Assembly (NCBI GenBank): GCA_963839305.1
Contig: CAWIUL010000011.1
Span: 2,377,561 to 2,441,560 of the forward strand
Length of the DNA: 64,000 nucleotides
Source: an uncultured delta proteobacterium
Lineage (GTDB): Bacteria > Myxococcota_A > Polyangia > Polyangiales > Polyangiaceae
Direction: 5' to 3'
Within the stretch, counting starts at the first letter, position 1, and the number at the start of each line of letters is the position of its first letter. The notes under the pieces were generated by a model. That model worked only from the letters and a program-made list of their open reading frames with translations, ran no database searches and was not told the origin of the DNA. The position numbers and the translations under genes are program-made. Below are positions 9,525-20,185 of the stretch, in pieces.

Positions 9525-9665
9525 GAGCAGTTTTGTTGGTTGTGTCGCGGGGCGGGGGGGCGTGGTTGGCGCGGGGTTTGAGCGGTGGGGTGGGTGTGTT
9601 GAGCGTGCCTGGCCGCTGGGGGGCGGCGAGCGTTGTTGTGCTGGCAGCGCGTGCGAGCGGGTCGA
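9525..9665. repeat. G-rich, GT-rich low-complexity tract with multiple G3-G7 runs
   Basis: The plus-strand sequence is 'ttttgttggttgtgtcgcggggcgggggggcgtggttggcgcggggtttgagcggtggggtgggtgtgttgagcg...gctggggggcggcgag'. It lies between the msrB remnant and the cupin gene. Confidence 0.5.
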
Positions 9666-9694
9666 AGAGCGCGCGAACGCGCCGTAGCCTTCCG

Positions 9695-10070
9695 CCTGAG
9701 CTTGCGACCGGATGAACGCACGACGCCGATTCATGCAGTAGCGAAGCCCGGTGGCTCGGGCGTCGTCGAAACGTGGCCAAGGTGCGAGTCGCGCTCGACG
9801 AACGCATTCGTGCGCTTCATCGAGCTGTTGTCGTTCTTCGTCGTCACCGCCGAGGATCGATGGCTTCGCAAGCTCGGCCAACCCGTGCCCGACTCGAACT
9901 TGTCGTCGAGCTGAAGAGCGGCTGCCCCGTCACGACATCGACGTAGATGCCCGGCTCGTGGTTGTTCCAATACTCGTTACGAAACGGCGGCTCCGTCGCG
10001 TCGTGCTGCGTGACCTCGTATTGAAGCGGCGTCAGCGCCCTCTCGATCTCGGCAGCGGACGGCTTCGTGT
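9695..10070 (-). pseudogene. msrB: Peptide-methionine (R)-S-oxide reductase MsrB, split over at least 3 frames
   Basis: The reverse-complement reads '[37 protein letters not shown]' (frame A). Frame B gives '[12 protein letters not shown]', frame C 'SHLGHV' and frame D 'FDDARATGLRYCMN'. Together these cover the full MsrB signature, including the catalytic RYC. Confidence 0.7.
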
Positions 10071-10299
10071 ACGACGTGCGGGGTGCGTCGTTGGCAACGG
10101 CGGGGGCTGATGCGGTGCGACAAGCTGCGATCGATGACGATCTGCGAGGGCGATGGCTCTCATGCAGGGGATACGCTCACGACGCGTCGGTTTCGCTCAT
10201 TGAACGGTCGGTCAGGTCGCTGGGCTGGCGCGGCGTTGCTCTGGGAAGTGCCGCCGCGGCTCATGGAAGAGAGCACACACAATCGAACGGTCACGCCGA

Positions 10300-11700
10300 G
10301 CCCGAGTCCGCGCTCCCGCTCGCATACACCTTTCATCCCACCCATGAGGAGCTGCTCGCGGAGGGCAAGAGCCTGCGCGACAAGTGCCCGCGCACGTCGC
10401 ACGCGGTCTGGAAGCAGCCGCCACGATCGCGCCCGATCCGCTGCTGCCTCTGGAGGAATCGAACAAGGGACGCATCCCGCAGCTGGTGCCGATTCGCTAC
10501 GGCCGCATGATGCAGTCGCCGTTCACGTTCTATCGCGGGGCGGCGCTCGAACATGGCGGCGGACCTGGCCGCGACGCCGGCGAGCGGCCTGCGCGTGCAG
10601 GCGTGCGGCGACGCTCATCTGATGAATTTCGGCGCGTACGCCACCCCCGAACGCCGCGTGATCTTCGACATCAACGACCTGGACGAGACGCTCCCGGCGC
10701 CCTGGGAATGGGACGTGAAGCGCCTGGCCGCCAGCTTCGTGCTCGCCTGCCGCGACAACGGCTTCAGCGAAGACGACGCGCGCGACGCGGTGCTGACGTG
10801 CGTGCGCTCGTATCGCGAGCACATGGCGGAATACAGCGAGATGCGGGTGCTGGACGTGTGGTACGCGAGCATCGACGTCGAAGAAGCTGCTCGCGACGAT
10901 CGAGGACGAAGAAGCCCGCAAGCGCATTCAGAAGCGCCTGGCGAAGGCGCGGGCACGCAGCGTGCTGGAACACGAGTTTCCCGAGCTCGTCACCATCGAG
11001 CGGCCTGACGCCGACGATCAAGGAGAACCCGCCGCTGATCTATCACTCGCGCGAGAGCAGGGGTCACGAGGAGTTCATGGACGCCGTCCAGAAGGCCTTT
11101 GCCGCCTACCGGGAAACCTTGCAGGAAGACCGGCGCATGCTCCTGGACCGCTTCAAGCTCATGGACATCGCCATCAAGGTGGTCGGCGTCGGCAGCGTCG
11201 GGACCGTACTGTGGCATCATGCTGCTGATGGCGAGCGAGCACGATCCGCTGTTCCTGCAGGTGCAAGGAGGCGCGCCCTTCGGTGCTCGAAGCCGTACGC
11301 GGGCAAGAGCGCGCTACGCCAACCACGGCCAGCGCGTCGTGCATCGGCTGCCGGCTGATGCAATCGGCCAGCGATCTCTTCCTCGGCTGGACCGAGGGCC
11401 GTCGGGCCGGCATTTCTACATCCGTCAGCTCAAGGACATGAAGATCAAGCCGATGGTCGAGGTTTTCACGCCGAGCGTCATGCTGCAGTATGCCGAGTTG
11501 TGCGGCTGGACGCTGGCCCACGCCCACGCCCGCTCCGGCGAGCCGGCGAAGATCAGCGGCTACCTGGGCAAGAGCGACAAGTTCGACGAGGCCATCGCCG
11601 ATTTCTGATCGCCTACGCCGACCAGAGCGAACGCGATCACGCGGGCTCAAAGAGCCGTGAAGGCCGGAAAGCTCCAGGTGATTGTGGAGGACACGAGCTC
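10300..11700 (+). pseudogene. DUF2252-family protein, at least 5 frameshifts
   Basis: Consecutive family-typical segments sit in different frames: 'LVPIRYGRMMQSPFTFYRGAA', 'MAADLAATPASGLRVQACGDAHLMNFG...ETLPAPWEWDVKRLAAS', 'IKENPPLIYHSRESRGHEEFMDAV...VGVGSVGT', 'ASEHDPLFLQV...HFYIRQLKDMKIK...ISGYLGKSDKFDEAIADF' and 'AYADQSERDH'. Confidence 0.65.
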
Positions 11701-12517
11701 CGTCACCGTCCTCACGGGCTTCCTCGGCGCGGGAGAGACACGCTGCTGAATCGCATCTCGAACGCGACACCGCTTGCGCGTGGCCGTCGTGAACGACGTC
11801 GCGATGCACGACGACTTGATCGCATTGGTCGAGCAGGCGCTGCTCGACCCGAACGGCCGAGCACGTGCTGCTCGAAGCGAGAAGCGGCGTGGCCGACCCG
11901 AGGGGTATTCGCGCGACCTTCGCCGATGCCGGCCTCCGCGAGCGCTTCGGCTCGACGGCATCGTGTGCGTCGTCGACGCCGAGCAGTTGCTCGCGTTCCC
12001 GGAGCAGATGGAGCTCAAACTTGGCAAATCGCGACCGCAGATTTGCTCGTCTCGACAAGGTCGACTTGGTGCCGCCCGAGCAGATTGTGAAGATCGATCT
12101 CTGGCTCGATGCGCACTTCCATCGATATCGCATGATCACATCGGTGCGAGGTCGGGTTCCGCTCGACGTTCTCCTCTCGAGCGGGCGCTTCGATCGCGAG
12201 CGCACGACGGGCGCGCGACCCCCGCACGACGACTCGTTCAGCACGTTCAGCTACGAGACCCCGCGCCCGCTCTCGCTCGAGGCGCTGAGCAAGCCGCCTC
12301 GAAGCTGCCGGCGAACATCTACCGCTGCAAAGGGCAAGTGCACACGTCCGACGCGCCCGAGCGGCGCACGGTGCTCCACGTGGTTGGCAAGCGCGTGGAC
12401 ATCGCGACGGGCGAGGCGTGGAGCGGCGCCACGCCGAGCACGCGCATCGTGGTCATCGGCGCGAAGGGGGTGGATGACGACGCGTTGAACGAGACCTTCG
12501 ACGCGTGCACTGCGTGA
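11657..12517 (+). pseudogene. CobW/HypB/UreG-family (COG0523) GTPase, at least 3 frameshifts including one in the P-loop
   Basis: 'VTVLTGFLGAG[e]T..TLLNRI' reads as a P-loop with a 1-nt deletion. 'LDGIVCVVDAEQL' and the CobW C-terminal domain 'IYRCKGQVHTSDAPERRTVLHVVGKRVDIATGEAWSG...VVIGAKGVDDDALNETFDAC' follow. Confidence 0.6.
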
Positions 12518-12629
12518 TCGCCTCTGCTGTTTCACCGCCGGCAAGAACTGCGGGTCGGGTGAACGGCGCGCATGGCGCCCGAAAGCCAAGGCGAATTCGG
12601 GCAGCAACGCGCGACCTGGCGTGCCGGTT

Positions 12630-13773
12630 GCTCTCTCGTCCCAGTCATGAGCAGCGAAGCGGCGAGCAGGCATCTGCATCACGACTTCCTCGCTCTCGAT
12701 GGACTGGCCGTGGCGACGCGTGGGTGCTGGTCGCCATCGTTTGGCTGCCGCTGGCCGTGCTCTCGGCGGTGTCTGGTCGCTTGGTGGGCGGCGTGGCCGT
12801 ACCGCTCCTGTTCGACGTCGACGCCGACGTCAAATTCCTGTTTGCTCTCCCGCTCCTGATTGCAGCGGAGCCGCTCGTTCATCGCCGAATCAGCGACGTG
12901 GTCGAGGAGATCCTGAACGCGGCCTCGTCGCGCCGAGGGACGAGCCACGGTACGAAAAGTTGGTCGCTTGGGCGACGCGCCTTCGCAACTCGACGGTCGT
13001 CGAAGTCGGGCTAATCATCGTCGCGCTCGGCGGATATTCGGTTTGGCGCGCGGGGCCGAGCTTGCACGTCGCGAATTGGTACTCCACGAGCCAGGGAACG
13101 GCCGGTTTCACCCCGGCCGGTTACTGGTACGTGTTCGTCAGCTTGCCCATCGCTCGCTTCGTCTTGTTGCGTTGGTATTTCCGTATCCTCGTTTGGTACT
13201 TGTTCTGTGGAGGCTCTCGCTGACTGGAGCTGAAGCTCGACGGCCTCCACCCCGACCGCGCCGGCGGCCTCGGATTCCTCGGGCACACGCTCAAGGCCAT
13301 GGCGCCGATGCTCGTCGTCCAGAGCGCCTTCTCGGCGGGCGTCATCGGCAACCACATCGTGCACGAGGGCGCAAAGCTGCCCGACTTCAAGTTCGACATC
13401 GCTGGGCTCCTCTTCTTCTTGCTGCTTCAACCCGTGCTGCCTCTGACGTTCTTCTTCCTGCAGATGGCGCGCGCCAAGCGGGCGACGAAGTTCGAGCTTG
13501 CCCGGTTGGCGACTCGTTACTCGCGCGACTTCCAGGAGAAGTGGCTCTCGCACCGACCACCGAGCGACGAGGCGCTGCTCGGCACTCCGGACATCCAATC
13601 GCTGGCCGATCTCGCGACAGCTACGGAGTGGTCCACTCGATGCGGCCGATCCCGTTGATCCGCGGCAGCTTCTTCCGCTCGCGTTCATCGTGGCGATTCC
13701 GCTGTTTCCACTCGCGCTGACGATGGTCCCCCTCGACGAGCTGTTGCGCGGGATCGTCAAGCTGCTCGTGTAG
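12630..13773 (+). pseudogene. Hypothetical polytopic membrane protein, fragmented over at least 4 frames
   Basis: Hydrophobic segments 'WVLVAIVWLPLAVLSAVSGRLVGGVAVPLLF', 'VVEVGLIIVALGGYSVW...YWYVFVSLPIARFVLLRWYFRILVWYLF', 'MAPMLVVQSAFSAGVIGNHIV...LLFFLLLQPVLPLTFFFLQ' and 'LAFIVAIPLFPLALTMVPL' are in alternating frames. I could not assign a family. Confidence 0.35.
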
Positions 13774-13785
13774 CGAGGCCCGCGC

Positions 13786-14653
13786 ATGGATCTGTTCGCG
13801 AAATTTCGACGGCCTTCTCTTAACAACGGCGATGCTCGGCGTCGGGCTCCAGGTGGGCAGCGCCGACATTCGGTCGACGCTCGCGTCGCGCAGCCTGCTC
13901 GTGCGCTCGCTCGTCGTGAACTTCGTGCTCGTTCCCGCCCTCGGCATCCTCATCGTGCGGCTCGTCCCGATGCCTTCGGACACCGCCGCAGGGTTTCTGC
14001 TTCTGGCGCTCGCGCCTGGCGGCATGAGCGCTCTGCAGTTCACGAGCCGAAGCAAGGGAGCTCTCCTCTACGCGGGCGCGCTCTCCTTCATTCTCTCGCT
14101 TTTGTCGGTCTTCGTGTCTCCGGCGATCGCCGGACTTTTGTTGCCGACCAAGTCATCGGTGCCGTTCCCGCGCCTCATCGCGATTCTGCTTTTGTTCGTT
14201 CTTCTCCCGCTCGTTGTCGGAATGGGCGTTCGACAGAAGTCTCCGAAGCTCTCGGAGAAGCTCGCGAAGCCGACCGCCACGCATCGCCACGATCTCGTTC
14301 ATCGCGTTCGTGCTTCACACGATGGTCATACGCAAGAGCGCCATCGCTTTGCACGGATCTGCCGTCATCGGCGCGATGCTCGCGTTCATCGTCGGCGCGA
14401 TGGCGATCGGCTGGGCCCTCGGCGGGCCGGACAAGGAGACCCGCAAAGTGCTGGCGGCGGCCTCGAGCATGCGCAACGCCGCGCTGTGCTCCTCATCGCA
14501 TCGAGGGACTTCCCCGGCACGAACGTCGACGCGGCGGTCGTGGCGTTCGGCGCGTTGATGGTCCCGCCGAACATGCTGTTCGCGCTCTACTCCGCGATCG
14601 GCGTCGACGCGACGAGCGCGGCTACAGCCGCGCAACGCCAAGCCAGAGATTAG
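13786..14653 (+). pseudogene. Bile-acid:sodium symporter (BASS/SBF) family transporter, at least 2 frameshifts
   Basis: 'LGVGLQVGSADIRSTLASRSLLVRSLVVNFVLVPALGILIV...LLLALAPGGMSALQFTS' fits the BASS pattern. It then shifts to 'IATISFIAFVLHTMVIRKSAIALHGSAVIGAMLAFIVGAMAIGWALGGPDKETRKVLAAASSMRNAAL' and again to '...VVAFGALMVPPNMLFALYSAIG'. Confidence 0.55.
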
Positions 14654-17189
14654 GTGATCGAGCGCCCCTCGGCGTCCTCGATCTGCGTGAGGACGACCGC
14701 GAGCGCGTCCTTCGCGCGCTCGAGCGCAGCCCGGTCCTGCTCCCACTTCGCGAACGCCTTCTCGGCGCGCGCCATCTCGCGCGCGTGCGCGCTCTTCGTC
14801 TCGGAGAGCTCCGCGCGAAGCGCCGCGGTCTCGGCCTCGAGCACGACGATGCGGTCCTTGGCGGTCGCGAGATCCTTCTCGAGACCGTCGCGCGCTTGCG
14901 TGAGCTCGCTGACTCGACGCTCGAGATCCGCGATGCGCGACGCGGCCTCTTCGGCTTGCGCGTTCTTCGCCTCGCTGAGCTGCGCCATGTCCGCGCGGAG
15001 CGCGCCGACGGCTTCGTCTCGCGCCCTCTCGATGTCCGCGACCCGCGCGTCGCGCTCGCGCTGCGCCGTCGCGATGCCTTCTTCGCGCGCCTGCTCGGCC
15101 GCGGCGAGCTTCTCGTCGCGATCACGTAGGGCCGCGGCGACCTTCTCGTCGCGATCGTGCTCGGCGGCGGCGATCTTCTCCGCGCCGTCGCGCAGGACCG
15201 CGGCGACCTTCTCGTCGCGATCGCGCTCGGCGGCCGCCACCTTTTCGTCGCGATCCTGGGGCGCCGCAGCGACCTTCTGCTCGCCGTCGCGGAGGGCCGC
15301 GCCGACCTTCTCGTCGCGATCCTGCTCGGCAGCGGCGACCTTCTGCTCGCCGTCGCGGAGGGCCGCGCCGACCTTCTCGTCGCGATCCTGCTCGGCGGCG
15401 GCGACCTTCTCGTCGCGATCGCGCACGGCCGCGGCGACCTCTTCGACGCGACGCTGCTCGGCGGCCTGGAGCTCCGCTGCGCGCTTCGCCTCGAGCTCCG
15501 CCTCTCGCGACGCGAGCTGCGCGGCGGCGGCGTTCCTCGCCTCTTCGAGCTCCTCTTCGTGCTTCGCCTGCGCGAGCGCGACCTCGCTCGCGTGGCGCGC
15601 GGCGATGCCGTCTTTCTCTTGCGAGTGCTCGTTGCGGAGCTTCGACATCTCGTCTTGGTGCGCGCGGTGTAGCGCGCCGAGCCGTGAGTCGTGCTCCGAT
15701 TTGAGCTCGCTCTCGCGCATCGCGAGCGCCTCTTGGAGATCCGACACGGCCTTCTGCTGCGCGGCCTCGAGCGTCGCGGATTTGTCCGCCGCCGCCGCTT
15801 CGAGCGCTGCTGCGCGCTCGGCCTGCTCCTTGGCGAGCGAGCTCTCGTGATCGGCCTTGGCCGCGGCCATCGCCGCTTCGTGGGCCGCGAGGTCCTCCGC
15901 CGCCTTGACGCGCGCGTCTTCGAGCTCGCGCGTGCGCGCGTCGAGCTCGCTCTGGGAGGTCGAGAGCTTCGTCTTCGTGTCGTTCAGCTCGTTGGTCCGC
16001 GACTCGAGCTCGGTCTGCGACTTCTGCAGCCGGTTCTTGAAATCCTCGGAGGCCTTCTTCGCCTGGTCTTTGTCGCGCAGGAGCGCTTCCGCTTTCTCCT
16101 TGCCCTCTTCGACCTCGCGAAGCGTGGAGATGACCTTGTCGTCGAGATCGGCCTTCTGCCGCTCGAACGAGAGCGCGCGCTCGCGAGCCTCGACGATGTC
16201 CTTGTCCTTCTTCCCGAGCTGCTCCTTCAGCGCGAGGAGCTCCTTGTCCTTCTTGTTGAGCGCCTCGCGAAGATCGAGGAACTCGCGGCTCGAGACGCCG
16301 CCCTTCGAGCCTGCGGTGGCGAGCTTCTGTCGAAGCTCGTCCATCTGCTCGTCCATCTTCTTCTGCTCGGCCTCCATGCGCGAGTCGAAGTCGGCGCGGA
16401 GCTGCGCGGCCTCTTCGCGCGCCTTCATCAGCTCTTTCTCGAGCTCCGCGACGCGGCCGTCGTCGACGATCGCGGGGGGCGGCGGCGCGACGCTCTTCTT
16501 CTTCGGTTGCTCGGAGATCTCGGCGACCGTGCTCGTTCCGTTTCCGTTCGCGGACGCCGCGGGCGCGCGGGCCGGTCATCTTCCCGAACCCGCCCTCGAT
16601 GAACGCGTCGATGTCGTCGTCGACGTTCTTCAGCTTCGCGGGCGCTTCGCTCGGCATGCGCTTCGGCGCGGTGGAAGCGCGCTTCGGCGGCGGCGGCGGC
16701 GCAGCGGCCTCTTCACGCTCCACGACGAGCGTGCCCTCTTCTTCGATGTCGATGCTCGAGATCTCGTCGTCGATGACGATCCCCTCGCTGTCGTCGGCGC
16801 TGCCGCGCCGCCACCGAGCTGGATGAACTGGTTGATGTGCTGCAGCAGCTCGCCGAACGCGATCGGCTTGTGCACGTAGTCCTCGGCGCGCGTTCGGAGC
16901 TTCTTGTGCTGCTCGAACGTCTCGTCGCTGGACTCCGTCGACATGATGATCAGCGGGACGTCCTTGAGCTTCCCGTCTTTCTTCAGCTTGTTGCAGACGG
17001 AGAAGCCGTTCATCCGCGGCAGCTCGATCGACAAGAGGATCAGATCGGGTTTGCTCGCCCGCCGCTTGCTGCAAGCCCAGCGTTGCCGTCATCGACGACG
17101 GTCGTTTCGCATCCGAGCTTCGCGAGCTCGCTTCGGAGCTCGCCGGCGAAGGCCGCGTCACTCTCGAACACAAGCACTTTGGTCGACAT
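14650..17189 (-). pseudogene. FrzS-like protein: N-terminal CheY-like (pseudo)receiver domain plus a very long coiled coil with hendecad repeats, at least 3 frameshifts
   Basis: The ATG at 17189 gives 'MSTKVLVFESDAAFAGELRSELAKLGCETTVVDDGNAGL', which continues (shifted) to '..KPDLILLSIELPRMNGFSVCNKLKKDGKLKDVPLIIMSTESSDETFEQHKKLRTRAEDYVHKPIAFGELLQHINQFIQLGG'. This is close to the M. xanthus FrzS N-terminus. A linker then joins in-frame, after another shift, to the 592-aa coiled-coil ORF 14650..16428 ('...EQPKKKSVAPPPPAIVDDGRVAELEKELMKAREEAAQL...'). Confidence 0.65.
15139..15450. repeat. Tandem array of a 66-bp (22-codon) unit inside the FrzS-like coiled coil; two adjacent copies differ by 1 nt
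   Basis: Copy 15271..15336 and copy 15337..15402 ('gaccttctgctcgccgtcgcggagggccgcgccgaccttctcgtcgcgatcctgctcggc[a/g]gcggc') are flanked by diverged copies. They encode repeated 'DRDEKVGAALRDGEQKVAAAEQ'. Confidence 0.8.
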
Positions 17190-17209
17190 TTGAGGGCTTC
17201 GAGAAGCGG

Positions 17210-17852
17210 CTACACGAGAAAGTGCTCTTCACGCGCATTCGCTTTTTCGTCGTGCCCGCTCTGGCCGAAGCGCGGTCCAGCTCGGCGAGCACGTCGCGCA
17301 CCGGGACACCGCGGTGCCGCAGCGCGACCATCAGGTGGTAGACGACGTCCGCCGCCTCGCTGACGACGCGCGCGTCGGCCTCCGCGTCGACGGCGCGCGC
17401 GAGCTCGTCCGCTTCTTCCCGCAGCTTCGCGCCGATTTTCAGCGCGCCGCCGTCGTAGAGGCTCTTCGTGTAGCTCTTCTCGCCCGTGCTCGTTCTTCCG
17501 CGCCTCGAGCACGGACTCGAGCCTCAGCAAGAGCGGCGACGCGCGCGCCGTCGCCGGAAAAGCACGTCTCGCTTCCCGGTGTGGCACGTCGGGCCGCGGG
17601 CCTGGCCGAGGTAGAGCGCCGCGTCCTCGTCGCAGTCGAGCGCGCACCTCGCGCACGTCGATCGCGTTGCCGCTCGTCTCCCCTTTCACCCACGGCGCGT
17701 TTCGCGAGCGCGAGAAGAAGGTCGCGTGCCCTGTCGTTCTTCGTGCGCTCGAGCGCCGCTTCGTCCGCGTACGCGAGCATGCGCACCTCGCCCGTCAGAT
17801 CGTCCTGCACCACGACCGGCATCGAGATCCATGCGTCGAACTCGAACTTCAT
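17210..17852 (-). pseudogene. hisIE: Bifunctional phosphoribosyl-AMP cyclohydrolase / phosphoribosyl-ATP pyrophosphatase HisIE, at least 3 frameshifts
   Basis: The HisI part reads 'MKFEFDAWISMPVVVQDDLTGEVRMLAYADEAALERT' then shifts to 'KGETSGNAIDVREVR' and 'CHTG'. The HisE part reads 'LESVLEARKNE...' and 'AADVVYHLMVALRHRGVPVRDVLAELDR' in other frames. Confidence 0.6.
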
Positions 17853-17870
17853 GCGATGGGGTCATGCTAC

Positions 17871-18917
17871 ACCGCTCGAAAATCGATGGAGCTCGCGTTC
17901 GCCTCGCCCCGAAAGCTGCCGAAGGCCCGAGATCTTCGCGGCCGCGTGGTCGTGCTCGACGTCGCCTTCGCGTCGGAGGCCGTCGGGCGGAGGCTTCGAA
18001 AAGCTCACGCAGCCCGTTCATCGACGGCCTCGGCGCGCGCCTCGGCGGCGTGGGTCGATCACCACGACACGTCCTGCCACGCCAGATACGCGGGCGATCC
18101 CGCTTCGTCCTCTCGACCAAGGCCGAGCACGGCGCCTGCCCCGAGATGGTCACGCCGGAGCTCGTCGCGCGCGTCGGCGCAGGTGGACACGATCGTCTGC
18201 CACAACGACTTCGACGGCCTCTGCAGCGCCGCCAAGTGGATGCGCGGAGGCATCGAGCCCTACCCCGGCGCCGACGACGACGCGCGCGCGATCGACACGC
18301 GCATCGGCACGCCGGGCCCGCACCGCGACGCCGCATCGACCGCGCGCTCCGCGCGCGCCCGCGCGACACCGCGCTCTTCGGCGCTCGATCGTCCGGCACC
18401 TCGCGACGGCCTCGCCGACGCCTCGCTCTGGGGCCCGATCGACGCGGCCGGCGGCGAGCTCGCCGCGATCGAGACCGAGACCCGCGCGCATCGCCGAGGG
18501 CTACGACCGCTCGACCTTTCGGCGTCGACGCGCCGCCCGCACGCGTCGCGTTCGTCGACGCGACCGAAGCGCCACGGCCGCTACGACAAGACGCTGCTCC
18601 TGCTCATCGGCCAGGAGCGCGCGCCGATCGCGGTCGGTGCTCGACGGGGACACGCGTCACGCTCGCCGCCCGTTCGACAGCGGCATGAATTTCCTCGCGA
18701 TTCTCGGGTCTTTCCGGCGGAATGCCGACGCTCGTCTCGATCCCGAAAGACCGGCTCGAGCGAGGCGCATCGCGCTCGGCTCGGCGTCGGAGCGGCCGAC
18801 GCTCGCCGAAGACGCATGATTCGCAAGGCGGCACCCAACCGATGCGGCAGCCGACCATTCGCTGTAAAGATGTACCGCGCTGATGCGCGATTTGTCGACC
18901 TCAGTTCCTACGGTTGA
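17871..18917 (+). pseudogene. DHH-family phosphoesterase (NrnA-like), fragmented
   Basis: 'VDTIVCHNDFDGLCSAAKWMRGG' reads as DHH motif I/II (H-N-D-x-D-G). 'WVDHHD' is a DHH motif and 'GAGGHDR' may be the GGGH motif of DHHA1, in different frames. The call is low-confidence. Confidence 0.3.
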
Positions 18918-18972
18918 CGATTTCACTCGGCGCCGTGGTACTGGACGTTTCACTTTCTGAACGAGGGAGCTC

Positions 18973-20029
18973 GTGACGGTGGCGCAGTGCTTTCGCGACG
19001 CAGCCCGATTTCGAAGAGCAGGGTGGGTGAGAGCGAATGGCCGCAAAAGCCTGGCGGCGAGCGACGTCGCAGCAGAAGAGCCGGTCGACGAGATCTTCTT
19101 CCAGAACGACGCCGTCTCGCTGTGCCTGCTGATCCACCGGCGCGCGAAGACGATGCGCGTGATCGATTTCCGCGCCGGGCCCGACGCAACGCGAAGCGCA
19201 TGTTCGTGCTGTCGCTCGCGCAGCGCGAAGGCGTCGAGAAGGTCTACACGCTCGTCGAGCGCGACGAGGTCGCGACGTGGATGAAGCTCGGCTTCGCCCG
19301 CGAGGGCGAACATCCCCGGCTTCTACAAGCGCAGCGACGCGTTCCTGCTCGGCTGCTCGCGTGCCGACGCCGACGCGCCGCACGGCGAGCCGCTGCAGAG
19401 CGAGATGCGCATCGCGCTCGCGCCGCGCACGAGCGACCTCGACGTCGTCGAGGACGACGACGACGAGCGCCGCCGATCGACGCGCGCGCGCACGAGTTCG
19501 CGGAGAAGACGATCGTGCACGCGAAGAAGCCGCCAAGGAGCTCGCCGGCAAGGCGCTCCCGTCGTGAAGATCGCGCCGGTGCGCGAGAGCGACGCGAAGA
19601 AGGCGCGTCGCGGCTGCGCTCGAAGGCGGGCCGCGCGCTGACGGCGTTCGAGCCGTTCGGTCGCGACGTCGAGCGGCGCTACTTCTCGGTCACGGGCCGC
19701 GGCGGCTTCGAGCTCGTCGCGTCGACCGAGTCGCAGGCGTGCTTCGGCAACGCGTTCCTCGAGCTGCTCACCGCGCCCGAAGACCGACGGCGGAGCGCCT
19801 CGCGACGGTCGGCGTCGCTGCGCGCGCTCTGCGACAAGCTGCTCGCCGAAGGCGTCGTGAGCTGCTTCTCGCTCGCGCCGAGCGACGACGTCGCGCTCGC
19901 GACGGCGTTCGTCTTCAACGGCTTCCGCCGGACGGGTCTCCTGCAGAACCACATGGTGGTCGGCGGCGCGCGCAAGGACGCGATCATCTGGTCGCGCAGC
20001 TCGCGAACCCCGCCGACGAGTCCACGTGA
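18973..20029 (+). pseudogene. Hypothetical protein with two GNAT-like acetyltransferase halves, at least 3 frameshifts
   Basis: The segments are 'VIDFRAGPDA..MFVLSLAQREGVEKVYTLVERDEVATWMKLGFAREGEHP', 'GFYKRSDAFLLGC' and 'ALTAFEPFGRDVERRYFSVTGRGGFELVASTESQACFGNAFLELLTAPED...CDKLLAEGVVSCFSLAPSDDVALATAFVFNGFRRTGLLQNHMVVGGARKDAIIW'. The family assignment is uncertain. Confidence 0.3.
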
Positions 20030-20185
20030 CGAGCGCACGCCGCGCCTTGCGGCCATACAGTACTCGTGGGATAATCCACTTTTACTGTCATTGGCGGTGG
20101 CGACCATGATGAGGCGTCGATCGCGCGTGGGTGTTCTTCTTCGCGCTCGTCGTGGCGAGTCGCCGCCGCGTGCGGCGTCGACCGG

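Noticed and set aside
9695-10070. MsrB lacking both CxxC zinc motifs, taken as a sign of degeneration
   Set aside because: Zn-free MsrB forms with only the catalytic RYC Cys are a known natural class. The catalytic Cys is present, so absence of CxxC is not evidence of decay in itself.
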